Shown here: positions 12,979-27,279 of the stretch, piece by piece
Numbering within the stretch: position 1 is the stretch's first letter
Layout of the letters: each line of letters starts with the position of its first letter
Source: Eledone cirrhosa
Taxonomy: Eukaryota
Length of the DNA stretch: 64,000 bases
NCBI GenBank assembly: GCA_964016885.1
Contig: OZ024741.1
Span: 333,188,001 to 333,252,000 of the forward strand
Direction of reading: 5' to 3'
Position numbers and translations under genes: made by a program
Notes under the pieces: model-generated
What the model saw: only the letters and a program-made list of their open reading frames with translations
Database searches by the model: none
Told to the model about the DNA's origin: nothing

Positions 12979-15327
12979 TATTTTGTTTATGTACCATACA
13001 ATCAAAATTTAAATTATATTAACAACTGCAGCAAATAAAACAATACAATAAATGATGTATAAAATGAAAATACACATGAAATATAATTGTTACCAAATTA
13101 TACTTTAGATTTAAATAAGCATCAGTGTTAAATATTCTTAAATACTTCCAAAATAATAAATCAGACAGGTTTGATATAACAGTAGTATGCAAACATGGCA
13201 TCACATCCAGATGTTATACAGAATATTAATTATTTTTGATATATTTTTTATAGAACTTTAAGGTTTTATTCCTCAAAATATAGATAGTAACAAATACATA
13301 AGAGATAACGAGATCTATATAGGTTTTTTTTATTAAAAATTATTTGGATGTGGGTCATTATAATTTAATCTATCAGAGTCTTTGACAATTCTCACGAGAG
13401 TGTTTTGCCAGATGGTATTTGGACAACCTGCTTATCAACATCTTTAGTACTCCCTAAGATTGATTTTGAAGATGGAGTACTGGTAACAGGGTTTCCATTC
13501 TTTCATGCTTGTCAGCATGTTCATGATGGCTGATATGTCTCTCACTTGAATCATTCATTGTCTTGGGGGTGAACAATACTTGGGTTGGATGGAGGTATTT
13601 TCTGTTTCAGGTATAGTTGTTCCTTACTCTCTCTGAACTAAATATGAACTATCCTTTGTAGCAATTAGTTTTGCAGATGACCATTGTTCATCCTTATTGT
13701 CTTCTTCACTATAGGTCATAACAGTCTGCCCTTTTGTCAACCTGGTTCTTGCATGTGTCTGCCTGTTATAATAATTAGCAGATTTTTTTTGCATGATTGG
13801 ACAGATGTTCACTGTAGTTCTCATTAATTTTCACCTGTACAGATCTGCATTTTCGTCCAAATTGTAGTGGTAACACATTGCCTGCAGCACCTGTGTCTAG
13901 CTTACACCATAATTTAACATGATTCCCACACTTGTTTGATACCTCTAAGTTTGCTAAAATTCTAGTTTTACCTGACTGAGAAATTTCATCAAATATAGTA
14001 TTGCTGGAATCTGTCTTTGCTCAAGTGTCAACTATGAACTGTACCTTTCTGATTATTTTAACCATGTCAAGATATACATCTCAACATCTTTTCCATCAAA
14101 GTATTCACAATCAGAGCCACAGTCATCACACTCAACTGAACTGATATTTTCCCCATACTTCACATATGATTTACAAACAAATTTAGCTCTTTGCCTACCA
14201 AATTGTGACCTGCTTCTACATTTACACATGAAATAATTTCGCTTCTTGCATTTATAACATGTTTTCCCATATCCTGGGTACTGTTCAGGCAAGTGTTGAG
14301 CATCACAGTTTCCCCATTGTTTGCCTGTGATTGTTACCACTGACATGCCTCTTATTTGTTTTCTTTTTGGTTTGCACTTTGTGGCCACTTTCGTTGTGTA
14401 CAGTATCAATGTTTTTCTTAGCCCTGAATCTTCCTGAAAACTGATTGCGAGCTTCTCAGATTTAATCTTTAACTTCACAAGGTGTGCAATAGCAAGTGCA
14501 CGAGGCCAGTCCTTGGAAGGATCCATTTCCTTTAATAACTGTTCACACATGTCAGTGTTGATTGTGGACCAAGAAAATAAATAGGATCACTTTATCCTTG
14601 TTGTTGAATTCACATTCCTCCACAAAGCATCTGATAGTATGCATGAAATCTGTTTGATCCTTACAATTAGATCTGATCTCATTTTATACCATCAATGTAT
14701 GAAGCCTTATGTAGTCCAGAATTTATCCTTGAACAGGGTAATCATATCCAAATTTTCTTTGCTTTTATCTGGAGGTGCTTCTAAATCATTATAGGGGTCT
14801 GCAGCCTGATAGCCCACTCGATGAAATTTCCCACACATTCATCTTGGGGCAGTCATTTGTATGGTTCATGTGCAAGTATCATGCTAGCATCTTTGCAAAA
14901 ATTACAAAATGCTTCACATCTATTTGAACTTTCCCAGTCATAAATGGTCTGTCTCAGAGATACCAGACAATGAAAATATGGCTTGGGATATGCCAGGATT
15001 AATTCCTTGGTGCTCATTCATGATCAGGCTAGGTAAATAAATCTCCAACGATGTGCAGGATGTGAAGAAAATCACACAGATTACTGATAAAATACTCCAG
15101 TAAACGTCACTGGAACACAAGGCTCACTTACTGGCCAATCCAACTAGGATATCACATATCATGTTACATGGAGTGTGGGTCAAAAGGCACATTTTGTCAG
15201 GTTTGCTTCAGTGTTCTGTAAAATGTTGTGGCTGTTGGGTCAAAACTAAAGCCCAGATCCATGTTCTAGTATAAACACCAAACTCTTGATACTGAAAACA
15301 TGAAGTAGATATCTTGGAGCACATGGT

Positions 15328-15345
15328 CCAGCACTTTTGACACCA
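15328..15345 (-). promoter_or_regulatory. Primer-binding site of the Gypsy element
   Basis: Minus strand reads TGGTGTCAAAAGTGCTGG immediately after the LTR end ...TTTCA; TGG complements tRNA CCA. Confidence 0.75.
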
Positions 15346-15564
15346 TGAAATAACTTGATAAGTCAAAGATACATTACTATAATATCTAACATGGCTCCCA
15401 GACTCTTGGCTTTACATAGTAGATTGTGTTGTGATTGGCTGATTTTACTGGCCATTCAAATAAAGTTACAGTATGTATGCAAAGATTAAACAGAAATAAC
15501 AAAGTAAATGACATAGTACAATGAAGAAATATATTTGTTTAACACTTGATATAGTAGGAAAAGA

Positions 15565-15602
15565 ATCTTAACTTTTCGAACACTAGTCTTTCATCAGAAG
15601 AT
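15565..15602 (-). ncRNA. Degenerate type I hammerhead motif (family C)
   Basis: atctt-CTGATGA-aagactagtgttc-GAAA-ag-TT-aagat; 5-bp stem I; inside a repeat (15471-15680) also present at 26520-26770. Confidence 0.55.
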
Positions 15603-16130
15603 AGAATGAGAAATAAAAGATGAAATAGAAAGATAGAGAGTGAAAAAAGCACAAGTGTATTCAGCCAGGCATGTAGAAAAAGGTGTACACTCACACACAC
15701 ACACACACACATGTGTGTGTATATTCACACATGTATGTAAAAAGTAAACAGTAATAACAGAGCAAATGACACAGTAAAATGAATATATGTATATATATAT
15801 ATATATTTAAATCCACATGGCGTGTTATTATTATGGTGTATATGTAAATAGATAATTGTGAAAGTAGAAGAGTTGCTAGATATGATAAATTTGTGGTGGT
15901 ATGAATTGTTTATTAGGAAATATAACTAGAAGGATTGCATTTTGATAAGTTGATAAGCGTTTTTAAAGATGTTGGTTTAGCTTTAACTGTTTGGAAACCA
16001 GCTTGAGACAGAACTTCAGATTAAGAATCTTGCAAACCATAATGTTTTATAGTTACATTGAAACTTTGCTTCAACAAGGTTTGCATCAATAACTTCTCCC
16101 TTGAATTATCTTGTTTGAATCTGGTTGTGG

Positions 16131-16410
16131 TAGGGTTGGTGGTGGTGCTGAAGATGGTGGCAGTGCTGATGATGGTGGTGATGCTAATGGTGGTAGTGAT
16201 GATGGGGGTGGTAGTGGTGCTAGTGGTGGTGATAGTGATAGTGATGGTGAGGATGGACGATGGCAATGCTAATGGTGGCTGTGGTGATGTGGTAATGGTG
16301 ATGGTGATGATTGGTGCTAGTAGTGCAGACGATGATGATGATGGTGGTAGTGGCAGTGCTGTTGATGGTGATAAAGGTGGTAGTGATAGCAACAGTGGTG
16401 ACAATGAAAG
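16131..16410. repeat. (GGT/GAT)n low-complexity trinucleotide tract
   Basis: Degenerate ggt/gat/ggc repeats account for the V/M/D/T-rich ORFs. Confidence 0.85.
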
Positions 16411-16911
16411 TGATGAAAAGCAGAATGAGAAGGAAGTAAGAAACAGAACTACAGAAATATAGGAATATATAAATATATATATATGAAGTCAATAAACTTT
16501 TTTTTATTCATTTTTAAGACTGTGCAGCAGGGATTAGAGTGAAAAATTGCTTCTCTTCTTGTGGGTTTTTCATATGAATTTATAATGAATAGATTAATAG
16601 CCTCGGCCAGTAGTTTGTAAGTAGATGGATTAACTTCTATAAATGACGTTAGTGTGCTTGTCTAGTTAGAGCACCCATAAATGGAAAAAAAGGAGAAGAA
16701 AAATCTACTGATGTAGTATATCATCCAGTAGCATGTGTATACATATACACATATATCTCTATGTATAGAGATATATGTGTATATGTATACATATGTGTGT
16801 GTGTGAGTGTATGTATGTATATATGTATGTATATCTATATGTATGTATGTATGTATATATGTATATATATATATATATGTATATATAAATATATATAAAC
16901 ACCTATATATA

Positions 16912-16968
<57 letters not shown>

Positions 16969-17449
16969 GGGGAGGGGGTATAGCGATAATTTCATTAAGA
17001 TATTTTGCCATGCAATTAGGCAGAGTGTTATCCAGGGAAATCATTGCTTTTATTGAATACTTATCTTCTCATGTTTTTATTGCAAAGAATACATAAGATT
17101 GGTTGTGTGTGTGTGTATGAGAGAGAGAAACAGAGAGATAGAGAAGAGCAATTCAGTGCTGGCTTTACGGCCAATAAAATCTCACTTATCCCCTCCACCA
17201 CAAAAAAGAAAAACAAATATAAATGAAATAAGATAGAATAAAATCATTTTTACTACATCTACAACAAGATGGCTAAGATCAAGGATATTTCAAAACATTG
17301 TCTATTTTAATATCTCTGGGGGTCATAAGGGCTCTTTTATGTGTGTGTGTATGTGTATGTTTGTGTGTGTATGTATATATATATATATATATATACATAG
17401 GAGAGGAAATGGTATATATTTTATCTAATAATTCTAAAGACATGATTTA

Positions 17450-17524
<75 letters not shown>

Positions 17525-17629
17525 ATGATGATGATGATAATTTATACACACACACAAATATATGTATTTATTATGTATGCATACCTATACATACTTAAAT
17601 TCATATATAATTAGAGATTTACCCATGGG

Positions 17630-17704
17630 TATATAAACATATATATATATATATATGATATATATATTTATATATATATATATATATATATTTATCTCTC
17701 TCTC

Positions 17705-17735
<31 letters not shown>

Positions 17736-17738
17736 ATT

Positions 17739-17769
<31 letters not shown>

Positions 17770-18029
17770 ATATTTATATATATTTATATATATACATATA
17801 TGTATATAATATATACACATATGTATATAATATATACACATATGTATATATATAAATATGTATATATATATACATATGTATATATATATATATATATATA
17901 TACACATACATATGTATATATATATACATATGTATATATATATATATATATATACACATATATATATATATATATACACATATGTATATATATATATATA
18001 TATACACATATATATATATATATATACAC

Positions 18030-18083
<54 letters not shown>

Positions 18084-18337
18084 GTATAAATATATATATA
18101 TACACATATGTATATATATATATATGTATATATATATACATATGTATAAATATATATATATACACATATGTATATATATATATATGTATATATATATACA
18201 TATGTATATATATATATATATATATACACATATATATATATATATATACACATATGTATATATATATATATATATATACACACATGTATATATATATATT
18301 TATATATATATATTTATATATATATATATATATGCAC

Positions 18338-18403
<66 letters not shown>

Positions 18404-18406
18404 TTG

Positions 18407-18439
<33 letters not shown>

Positions 18440-18548
18440 GTATATATATATATATATATATACACATATGTATATATATATATTTATATATATATATATA
18501 CACATATGTATATATATATATTAATATATATATATATATGCACATATG

Positions 18549-18609
<61 letters not shown>

Positions 18610-18667
18610 GTATATATATATATATTTATATATATACACATATGTATATATATATATATATATACAC

Positions 18668-18720
<53 letters not shown>

Positions 18721-18755
18721 TATATACACATATGTACATATATATATATATACAC

Positions 18756-18794
<39 letters not shown>

Positions 18795-18872
18795 CAAATA
18801 TGTATATATATATATATATATATATACATATACACATATGTACATATATATATATATATACATATACACATA

Positions 18873-18915
<43 letters not shown>

Positions 18916-18916
18916 G

Positions 18917-18985
<69 letters not shown>

Positions 18986-19024
18986 GTATATATATATATA
19001 TATATATACATATACACATATGTA

Positions 19025-19108
<84 letters not shown>

Positions 19109-19114
19109 CACATA

Positions 19115-19157
<43 letters not shown>

Positions 19158-19179
19158 GTACATATATATATACAAATAC

Positions 19180-19221
<42 letters not shown>

Positions 19222-19303
19222 GTATATATATATATATACAAATACACATATGTACATATATATATATATACACATATGTATATATATATATATACAAATA
19301 CAC

Positions 19304-19348
<45 letters not shown>
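17630..19348. repeat. ~1.7-kb compound (TA)n microsatellite punctuated by CACATATGTA
   Basis: Seen directly; source of the YI-repeat ORFs. Confidence 0.95.
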
Positions 19349-20908
19349 AAAACGTAATGTACATTAATAGAGAAGTCAGAAGAGATTTTTCCTTTGCCTT
19401 TCCAAAACTCAAAGGAAGGAGGGAGCCACAAAATGAGACATAAAACATTGATTCTATCCTATATTTTATGAACAACTTCAAATGAAAAGATGAGAAAAGA
19501 TAGTTTGCCATCTTATACGAAATAAAATTTTGAAATTTCATGTAAGTCTCTTCCTCTGCACTGAGGTTTGAGACAAAGGATTAGCTGACTGTGTAGCGAA
19601 TCCGATAAAATTATTTACTCTGGTTGCTTACATTATAGGTTCAATCCCTTCCAAGATCAACTTTCCCTTTCATCCTAATGGGGGTTGATAAAATAGAGTA
19701 CCAGGCATGTACTAGGGTTAATTCAAACAACTTTGCTTCTCTTCCTTGAAATTTTCTGGCCTAAATTAGATATTTACATATCCAGGAGGGTGGTAGATTG
19801 GCACAACTGGTAGAGAATTGGATAAAATGCTAGTGTGGTATTTGTTCTGACTCTTTACATTCTGAGTTCAAATCTCGCTCAGGCCAACTTTGCCTTTCAT
19901 CCTGCCAGGGTCATGAAATGTGGTTGATTTAATGCAACTTTGCTGGCCTTATGCCTAAATTAGAAATCAATTTTTACGGAGTCTTTCACAGAATAAATGA
20001 AAGAGTGTTTAAATGCATAAAATGTTGATTTTATTACATGTCTGTTGACTCTTAATGTCCTGCACTGCATGAAACTGCATTAGTAAAACAAAAATGTTTG
20101 ATATGTATAAAACAGCTTTATGACTGCATCATATTAAAAATCAAAATCTTTATTCTAATACTGTAAATTCTCCCAATGATCTGTCCTCTATTAAACGCAC
20201 TATAAACATTTTAATTAACAAACCTGTAAATCAATGCAGGATGAACCTGTGCGTAAGTCAGATGCAGATCCCTGGCCTGTCTGGGAGATCAATAGTCCTG
20301 CTTCAGTACTAATTTGGTCTATGTAAACCTGTCCAACCCTTGCTAGCAAGGAAAGTGAACGTTATGATGATGTTCAAAGATAAGAATCGTGAGAATATAC
20401 ATAGAACAAAATGTGCCTGAATTCATATCTTCTTTCAAAGTTTGACCACAGTCAATTTATTTGAGAGAGAGAGGATAAGGATAGAGAGAGAGAGAGGAAT
20501 CAACCCCCCCTTCCTCCTGGACTAGACAGGTAGGTAAAATATCTATTGACCAACCCCCAACCCACCCAAAAAGATGAAAGGAAGAGTAGCCTCAAAGGGA
20601 TTTGAACTCAGTGAACAGAGAACCAGAGTAACAACTCTTTCCAAATCGATGTGGTTCAGAGTTAGAATTCAGAATATCACACTAACTATAATATTGATCC
20701 AAATTGACAAGATCCCATATGTCATTCATTTATTAAATCAAACAACTTCAACAATGTTTTCATTGCTGAGACTACCAGTTGCAACTCCTGATGTCAAGTT
20801 TATCTTTCAACCTGTTATAGTTGATAAAATAAAATACTTGTCTAGTGCAGTTAATTATCAGACTTGATGGAGCATTTGACAAGATATCTTATGATATTAA
20901 TTCAAGTT

Positions 20909-21157
20909 CTAGGTGTTCTGAGTTCAAATATTGCTATGGCCTATTTTTGTATTTGGCATATTCTGTCACTCGCTAGTTGTTGAATTCAAATATTGTCATG
21001 GCCTATTTGAGTTGTCGACATATTCTATCACATGCTAGGTGTTGAGTTCAAATATAACTATGGCCTATTTGAGAGTTGGCATATTCTGTTCCTCACTAGG
21101 TGTTGAGTTCAAATATTGCCATAGCCTATTTCAGTGGTTGACATATTCTGTCACCTA
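20909..21157 (+). repeat. ~60-bp minisatellite (about 4 units) containing a SINE B-box
   Basis: Units ctaggtgttgagttcaaatattgc.atggcctattt....ttggcatattctgtcac. Confidence 0.8.
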
Positions 21158-21519
21158 ATTTGACACCAATGTTTCAATTTCTGTGCCCACACTACAATTT
21201 TCTTTCCAACATTACTGACAGGGCAGAGAATGAGGAGGCTAGGAGAGGGCCAGTGTGAAAGGAGTGAGAGGGTGATTGAGGTGAGAGAGAGAGAGTGGGG
21301 GTGATAGAGGTGCAAGAGAGAGAGAGAGCAGTGAGATGGAGACATATAGACACAGATGGTCAGGCAGATAGATAGAGACAAACAGATATGGACAGACAGA
21401 TACAGAGATGTATAGACAAAGATGGACAAACAAGCAGATAGATAGATAGATAGATAGAGAGATACAGACAGACACAGGTAGAGACAGATATAGACAAAGA
21501 TGGACAGACAGACAGATAT

Positions 21520-24500
21520 GTTTCTTTATTAGCCACAGGGGCACAAAAGAAGGGGACAAATACAAAGGGGGAAGTTTACATACAATAAAAACATGTAAAA
21601 TATTATCACAAATGTAATTTAAAAGTTAATCGAGTTTCCCCAATAGGGGGAGACATTACATATGGGTAACACATACCCCCGAAAAAAATGTGCAACCCTC
21701 ATCTCCAGGAGTATGAAGAGTTTGTACCCCTTTCCTCTCTTCCTCCTTTTCCTCAACCTACAGGCTGATATAGAGAGAAGGCCCATTCACTCGGGTCATT
21801 CTTGCCACTTTCACCCACCTTTCATAAAACTTGCTGGGGTACAACACCTCTCTCTCCATCCTGATTCTTTTTCCAAAGTGGTATTTGAAAAAAGAATCAG
21901 TTGTTGGCTGGAGAGAAAGGTGTCTGACCTCAGCCCTTTTAACCTTGTCCACCATACAACTTCTTTCGCCATTGCTATCACACAAAGGGAAACCGCCTCT
22001 CTTTCTTTTTTGAAGGAAGGTGGCGGTTTGATCATGACAATGGACTCGGTGGTCAACTGGATTGGTTCCACCCGCGACAATAGTCGATCCACATAGCCCC
22101 ACAGGTCGGTAATGCCTGGGCAGTGTACAAATGCGTGCGCGACGGTTTCCTCGTCGCGCACGCATCTCGGATAGATCTTTTTCGAAGGGTCCCTGCCCGG
22201 GCGCCCGTGTCTGTAGAGCTTGTCTCGAACTGGTAGAGCTCCTCGGTAGCACTGCCAGGCCAGGGACTTTTGGAAGTTGTCCATCGGTCCCGGGCGGAAG
22301 GTTCTACCGAACAGACTGGCCAGTTCGTCTTCCTCTATGCCTAGAGTTTCTCCGAGCGCGTCGTCGCACTTGTTGCGGACCAACCCTCTATAGAATGCCG
22401 ATGTGGAGTCTCCATTGATCGCCGGGTCTGCTTGCCAGAGAGCTGTGAGCACCTGAGCACATTAAATGTGTCAGTCGCCTATTTTCCTCGGTCTTTGCTT
22501 GACACAGGACTGCAGTTCGGTCAGCGAGACGAGTCGTGGGAATGCTCGCCCCATGAACGGGGCCCACAGCAGTTGTCCAGTGAGGAATACGTGGAGGTTC
22601 CGCAGCCTGAGCGCATGTTTGCGCGTTGTCAGCCACGGCATCCCCAGCCCTCCGTTTGAAGGGTGTTGGCAGCAGATGGATCTTCTCACCAAAGGAACCC
22701 GCTTCTTCGAAAGGAATTGGTAGAGCGCGCACTCCATTTTGGTGAGCATTTTGGCTGGACAAGACATGACGGTCAAGCGGTAGTAGATGACAACGCTACG
22801 AAAGTGTTCGCCACCTCCGCTCAACCTTTCAAGGATAGTTTGCACTCGGCCCACTTTTGGGTGAGTGCAAACACCTTGGCCATCACCTCGTTCCAGTTCT
22901 TCTCCACCTGGAGGTCCGGACCAAACCAGACCCCGAGCAGCTTTACCGGTCCTTCCGTCCAGCGTCCGACGACGCCATTGGTTTGCCTCTCCACGATCCG
23001 AGTTGCAAACCGATGGACTTGTCCCAGTTCAGTTTCGCTCCTGTGAACCTTTCATATTCCTTCAGTAAGGTGCCAATTTCCTCGATTTGCGAGGTGCTCG
23101 ACACCATTACTGTTAGGTCGTCGGCGTAGGCCAACGCCGTTTTCCTCAGTCCTGGTTCCAGAGGAATGCCCTGCAATAGCTCCAACTTCCGCAGTAGTGG
23201 CTAGAGAGTCAGTACGTACAGAAGGGAGGAGAGAGGGCATCCCTGTCGAATGGATCGCGGGATATGGAACGGCTCTGAGAGGTAGCCATTAACTTTGACC
23301 CTTGAGCAGATGTTGCTGTTGTGCATTGCAGCAATCCAGCCCCTGAACATGGGTCCGAAGCCTGCCGCCTCAAGCACCACATCCAGGTAACGATAGTCAA
23401 CCCTATCAAAAGCCTTAGACTGATCCAAGTTGATCAGAGCCACACCGAAGCCGGGTTTTTAAACCATACCCTCTCTATGATGTATCGTATGAGGTGGAGG
23501 TTGTCATGTATGGACCTGGTTGGGATTGCGCATGTCTGCGCTTCTCCCACCAGGTTTTCAACGACAAGCGCCAGCATCTTTTCCAACACCTTGGCCAAAA
23601 TCTGTAAGTCTGTGTTTAGCAGAGTTATGGGCCGGAAGTTGCCTATGTCATCCCCCTTATTCTCGTCCTTCCTGACTAGTGTGACTACGCCCTTGGTCAC
23701 AGAACTGGGAATTCTCCCATTCTGCTGCCAGTTGCAGGAGACCAGAGAACAAGTCCGGCATTGCTACGTAAAATTCGTAGGGTAGACCGTCGAGACCTGG
23801 AGTTTGTGTTTGCCGCATTGGCTCAGCGCGTCCCCTATCTCAGCGGCTGAAATCAGCTTTTTGCAGAACTTCGCCTCGCTGTCCGAGAGTCGCAGTAGGC
23901 TGTCGAGGTATGGACCGAAATCCATAGCGCCGCCCTGCCCGAACAGCTGAGCAAAAGGCCGCTGAAAGGCTGCGTACATCTGCTTCAGCTCACGTATCAC
24001 GCGTCCGTCTTGGTCCTTCAAAGACCGAATCGTGGACTTGTTGCCACTTTTCGCCTCCATCACCCGGGCCCAGCTAACAGCTTTGGCTCCCTCGTTACCC
24101 AGAGCATGTATTTTGCTTCTGACAATGCAGCCCTCCAAAGCCGTTCTCGTTGGTAGCACGCTGGCTACATTGCCACTTCTAATTGTCTCTTCTACTTTAT
24201 CTACCAATTCCTTCTCGATCCTATTTCTATCTAACGCTAATTCTTTACTAAAAACTAATGAGTCTAATCTAACTGCCCTCTTGAGAGAGTACCACCATCT
24301 GTTGTTGACAATGGCCTCTGTCAAGTGCTGTTTAACTAAAGTGCTAATCCATCTACTGTAGGCTTTGCATGTCGGTAATGACAAGTTCAGCTTCCAGTAG
24401 TCGGGTCCTTGTCTATGGGTTCTATCAAGGTTGACCACGCAGGTCACTAGTTTGTGATCTGAATAGGCAACCATGAACATTTGTGGACAGCTTAACATGT

Positions 24501-24552
24501 CCCTATCCTTATTTCTAACTAGAACCCTATCTAGGTATGATCTAGATGTTCC
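21520..24552 (-). mobile_element. 5'-truncated, frameshifted Tx1/L1-type LINE (ORF2)
   Basis: Minus-strand fragments YSDHKLV...YWKLN, NFRPITLLNTD, LDQSKAFDRVD, RQGCPLS, AYADD, PRC...ETVAHAFVHCP; 3' end gtggctaataaagaa. Confidence 0.9.
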
Positions 24553-25109
24553 GAGATAGATAGAGAGACACAGACAGACAGGTAGACAGAGAGAGAGAGA
24601 CAGGGGTCAGTCAGATAGATAGAAACAAACAAACAGACAGAGACAGATCAACACAATCAGAGACATACTGATAGAGACAGACAAATAGAGAGAAAGCCAA
24701 ATACAGAGGCTGATAGTTCTATGAAGAATGTTGTTAAGGAGATTTAATAGAAGCAACATGATCAGAACAGTGATAGAAAGAGGAGTGGTGGAAGAGAACC
24801 AGAGTAAAAGGTGATTGAGAATAGAGAGAGTGGATGGGAGGAGGAAAAAGATGGAAAGAAACAGAGATAGAAGAGAGGGAGAGGGAAATAGATTGATATA
24901 CAGCCACATTGTCATTGTTGCTAAAGAAAATTTAAGTGTAAATATTAAACATCTCCAAGAAATGTGTACTTGTGTGTGTATATGTGTGTGTGTTCTTGAA
25001 CTATATATATATATATAGTTCAAAAATAGACAAGATAAACTTAGAGATGTAAAGAAACAAGTCTTAGTAATAGCATATATATATATTTTTGTGTGCATGT
25101 ATCATCATT

Positions 25110-25441
25110 AATCATCATCATTTCATTTTATGTCTGCTTTTTCCCTGCTTGCAAGGGTGGGATGGGAACTGATTCTGGCTTGATTTCTACAGCTGGATGC
25201 CCTGCCTAACACCAACCTCATTTACAGTGTGGGCTGGGTGCTTTTTTGCCATGGCACCTCCATGACCACTTTACAGTGGAATGATAGGGACCCCAGTCCC
25301 TATCATCTCATTTCTACAGCTGAGTAAACTGGAGCAATGTGAAATAAAGTGTCTTTCTCAAGGAAACAACACATCACCTGGTCTCAGAATTGAACTCACA
25401 ACCTTTCGATTGCAAGGCCAATGCTCTAACCACTAAGCCAT
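25110..25441 (-). mobile_element. tRNA-head SINE type 2 with RTE-derived 3' tail
   Basis: Head tggcttagtggttagagc...gagttcaattc; tail matches the RTE family 1 3' UTR (~3930-4075); ends in (GAT)n. Second copy at 62098-62371. Confidence 0.8.
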
Positions 25442-25599
25442 ATATATATATATAATGATACAGAAGACTTGAACATAGGCTGAAGCATACATCTTGTATG
25501 GACCACCTTGCCACCATCTACCCTTCCATACACTTTCCACATCCTAACACATCACCTCTATTCCTACCTCCCCAATCCCCACACACCTCCCCCACCAAA

Positions 25600-25918
25600 G
25601 TCCATAGCCCACATTGTAAAGTAATCATTTTGGTGCCATGAAAAAAAGTACCCAGCCTACGTTGTAAAGTGGTTGTGTTGGTATTACAACAAAAAGCACC
25701 CAGTCAACACTGTGAAGTGGTTGAGTAGTCACAACAAAAAGCACTCAGTCAACATTGTAAATGTGGTTGGTGTTAGGAAGGGCATCGAGCCATAAACACC
25801 AAACCAGAAACAGTTCTGTATGAGTAATTCATGGTCACCTGACCTGATTCGCATCAAATGGGACAACCTGTCTAACCCATGCTAGTGTGGAAAATAGATG
25901 TTAAACAATGATGGTGAT
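25600..25918 (+). mobile_element. RTE 3' UTR-only fragment with expanded ~40-bp internal repeat
   Basis: Three aaaaagcacccag...ctgtaaagtggttg units, then gttaggaagggcatc...ctaacccatgctag...atgatg. Confidence 0.75.
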
Positions 25919-26622
25919 ATATATAAACATATCCATATAATTATATTATATATATAAATACATACAAATATATATGTTATATACACACACACACACACAC
26001 ACACATACACTTATATATACACACACACATATATAGCAAGCTTTCCTACATGTATGCCTGCACACCCACCTTCACCGTTATTCATATATTCATTCATATG
26101 TTAAGTACCAAACTTCATTCATAATTTGTTCTCACAAAAATTCTTCACAGTTCATTCATTAAACATTCCAAACAGATTCACAACATATTTATTACTCCAC
26201 TCATATAATTTCATTACACTTCAATTTCACTTGTGTAAATATAATATATTCACAAAATATTTGTCATTCACAGTATGTTCAATACACTGCTAAACATTCT
26301 ATGAATGCATCAATCTTTTACACAAAGATGTATTCATGCATAAATCTATATAAATGCATAAATGAATATATGCATCCGCATACAAATACACGCCCCATAC
26401 CTCATAAAGAAAAATACGACTACTAAATGCATTGTGTAGAATATATGTGAGTGTATATATATATATTATATTAAATTATATTATATAAATATATATTATA
26501 TATATATATATGTATGTGTGTGAGTGTGTATGTATGCAAAAAGTAAACAGAAATAACAAAGCAAATGACACAGTACAATGAAGAAATATATTAGTTTAAC
26601 GCTTGATATAGTAAGAAAAGAG

Positions 26623-26659
26623 TCTTTATGTTTCGGACACTAGTTCTTCATCAAAAGAT
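26623..26659 (-). ncRNA. Degenerate type I hammerhead motif (family C, second copy)
   Basis: atctt-TTGATGA-agaactagtgtcc-GAAA-ca-TA-aagac; its mutations differ from those of the 15565 copy. Confidence 0.5.
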
Positions 26660-26788
26660 AGAATGAGAAATAAAAGATGAAATAAAAAGATAGTGAGAAG
26701 AGGAAGAAACAGAATTTTTTTTGAGAAACAAAACACAACTGTATTCAGAGCCATTTTGGAGAAATGCATAGTAATCAATATATATATA

Positions 26789-26886
26789 CAGCGCGTCTCC
26801 AAAAAATGTATACATACCTTGATTACCTGTACAAGCAATATTTATCAAGATGCTGTTGAAATGTGTATATATTTTTTGGGAACACC

Positions 26887-26889
<3 letters not shown>
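26789..26889. mobile_element. Tc1/mariner-type MITE
   Basis: ta|cagcgcgtctccaaaaaatgtatacat...atgtgtatattttttgggaacaccctg|ta: imperfect ~27-bp TIRs and TA flanks. Confidence 0.7.
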
Positions 26890-26936
<47 letters not shown>

Positions 26937-27279
26937 ATTATAATGCAGTAATGGATAAATATTGATTCTTTTCAATGACTTTTGGTTTCCTACTAAAGAA
27001 TCAAGAATTTGTTAGTTGGAGGTGTAATAAAGTGAATGCTCTCTTTTTCTCTATCATCATCACCAGCATTTAACATTTATTTATACAGGTCAGGTGATCA
27101 TATCTTGCTCATATTCTCAGTTTTTGGTTTGCTTTTCTATAGTTGGATGCCTTCTTAATGCCTACCACCTTACACAGTGGACTGGGTGCTTTTAGTTGTG
27201 GGACCAACATGATCACCTCACAGGATAATATCTTATCTATATATTTCTCTATCTATCTCTTTATCTCTCTTTCTGTCTG

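Larger units (their letters stand above)
12602..15470 (-). mobile_element. Internally deleted Ty3/Gypsy LTR retrotransposon
   Basis: Direct TG...CA LTRs at 12602-12763 and 15346-15470; PBS TGGTGTCAAAAGTG next to the 5' LTR; GTATG on both flanks; gag zinc-knuckle remnant (14053-14550); protease KLDTGAAGNVL (~13871-13906); integrase-tail-like remnant; no RT seen. Confidence 0.85.

Noticed and set aside
16021-16492. V/M/D-rich and T/H-rich ORFs
   Set aside because: Translations of a GGT/GAT low-complexity tract.
17655-19541. Long YI/IY-repeat ORFs up to 547 aa (also near 40000, 46900 and 61000)
   Set aside because: (TA)n and (CA)n microsatellites lack stop codons; these are not proteins.
20909-21157. 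CRISPR-like periodic repeat
   Set aside because: Whole units are homologous with no unique spacers, no cas genes, and the context is eukaryotic.
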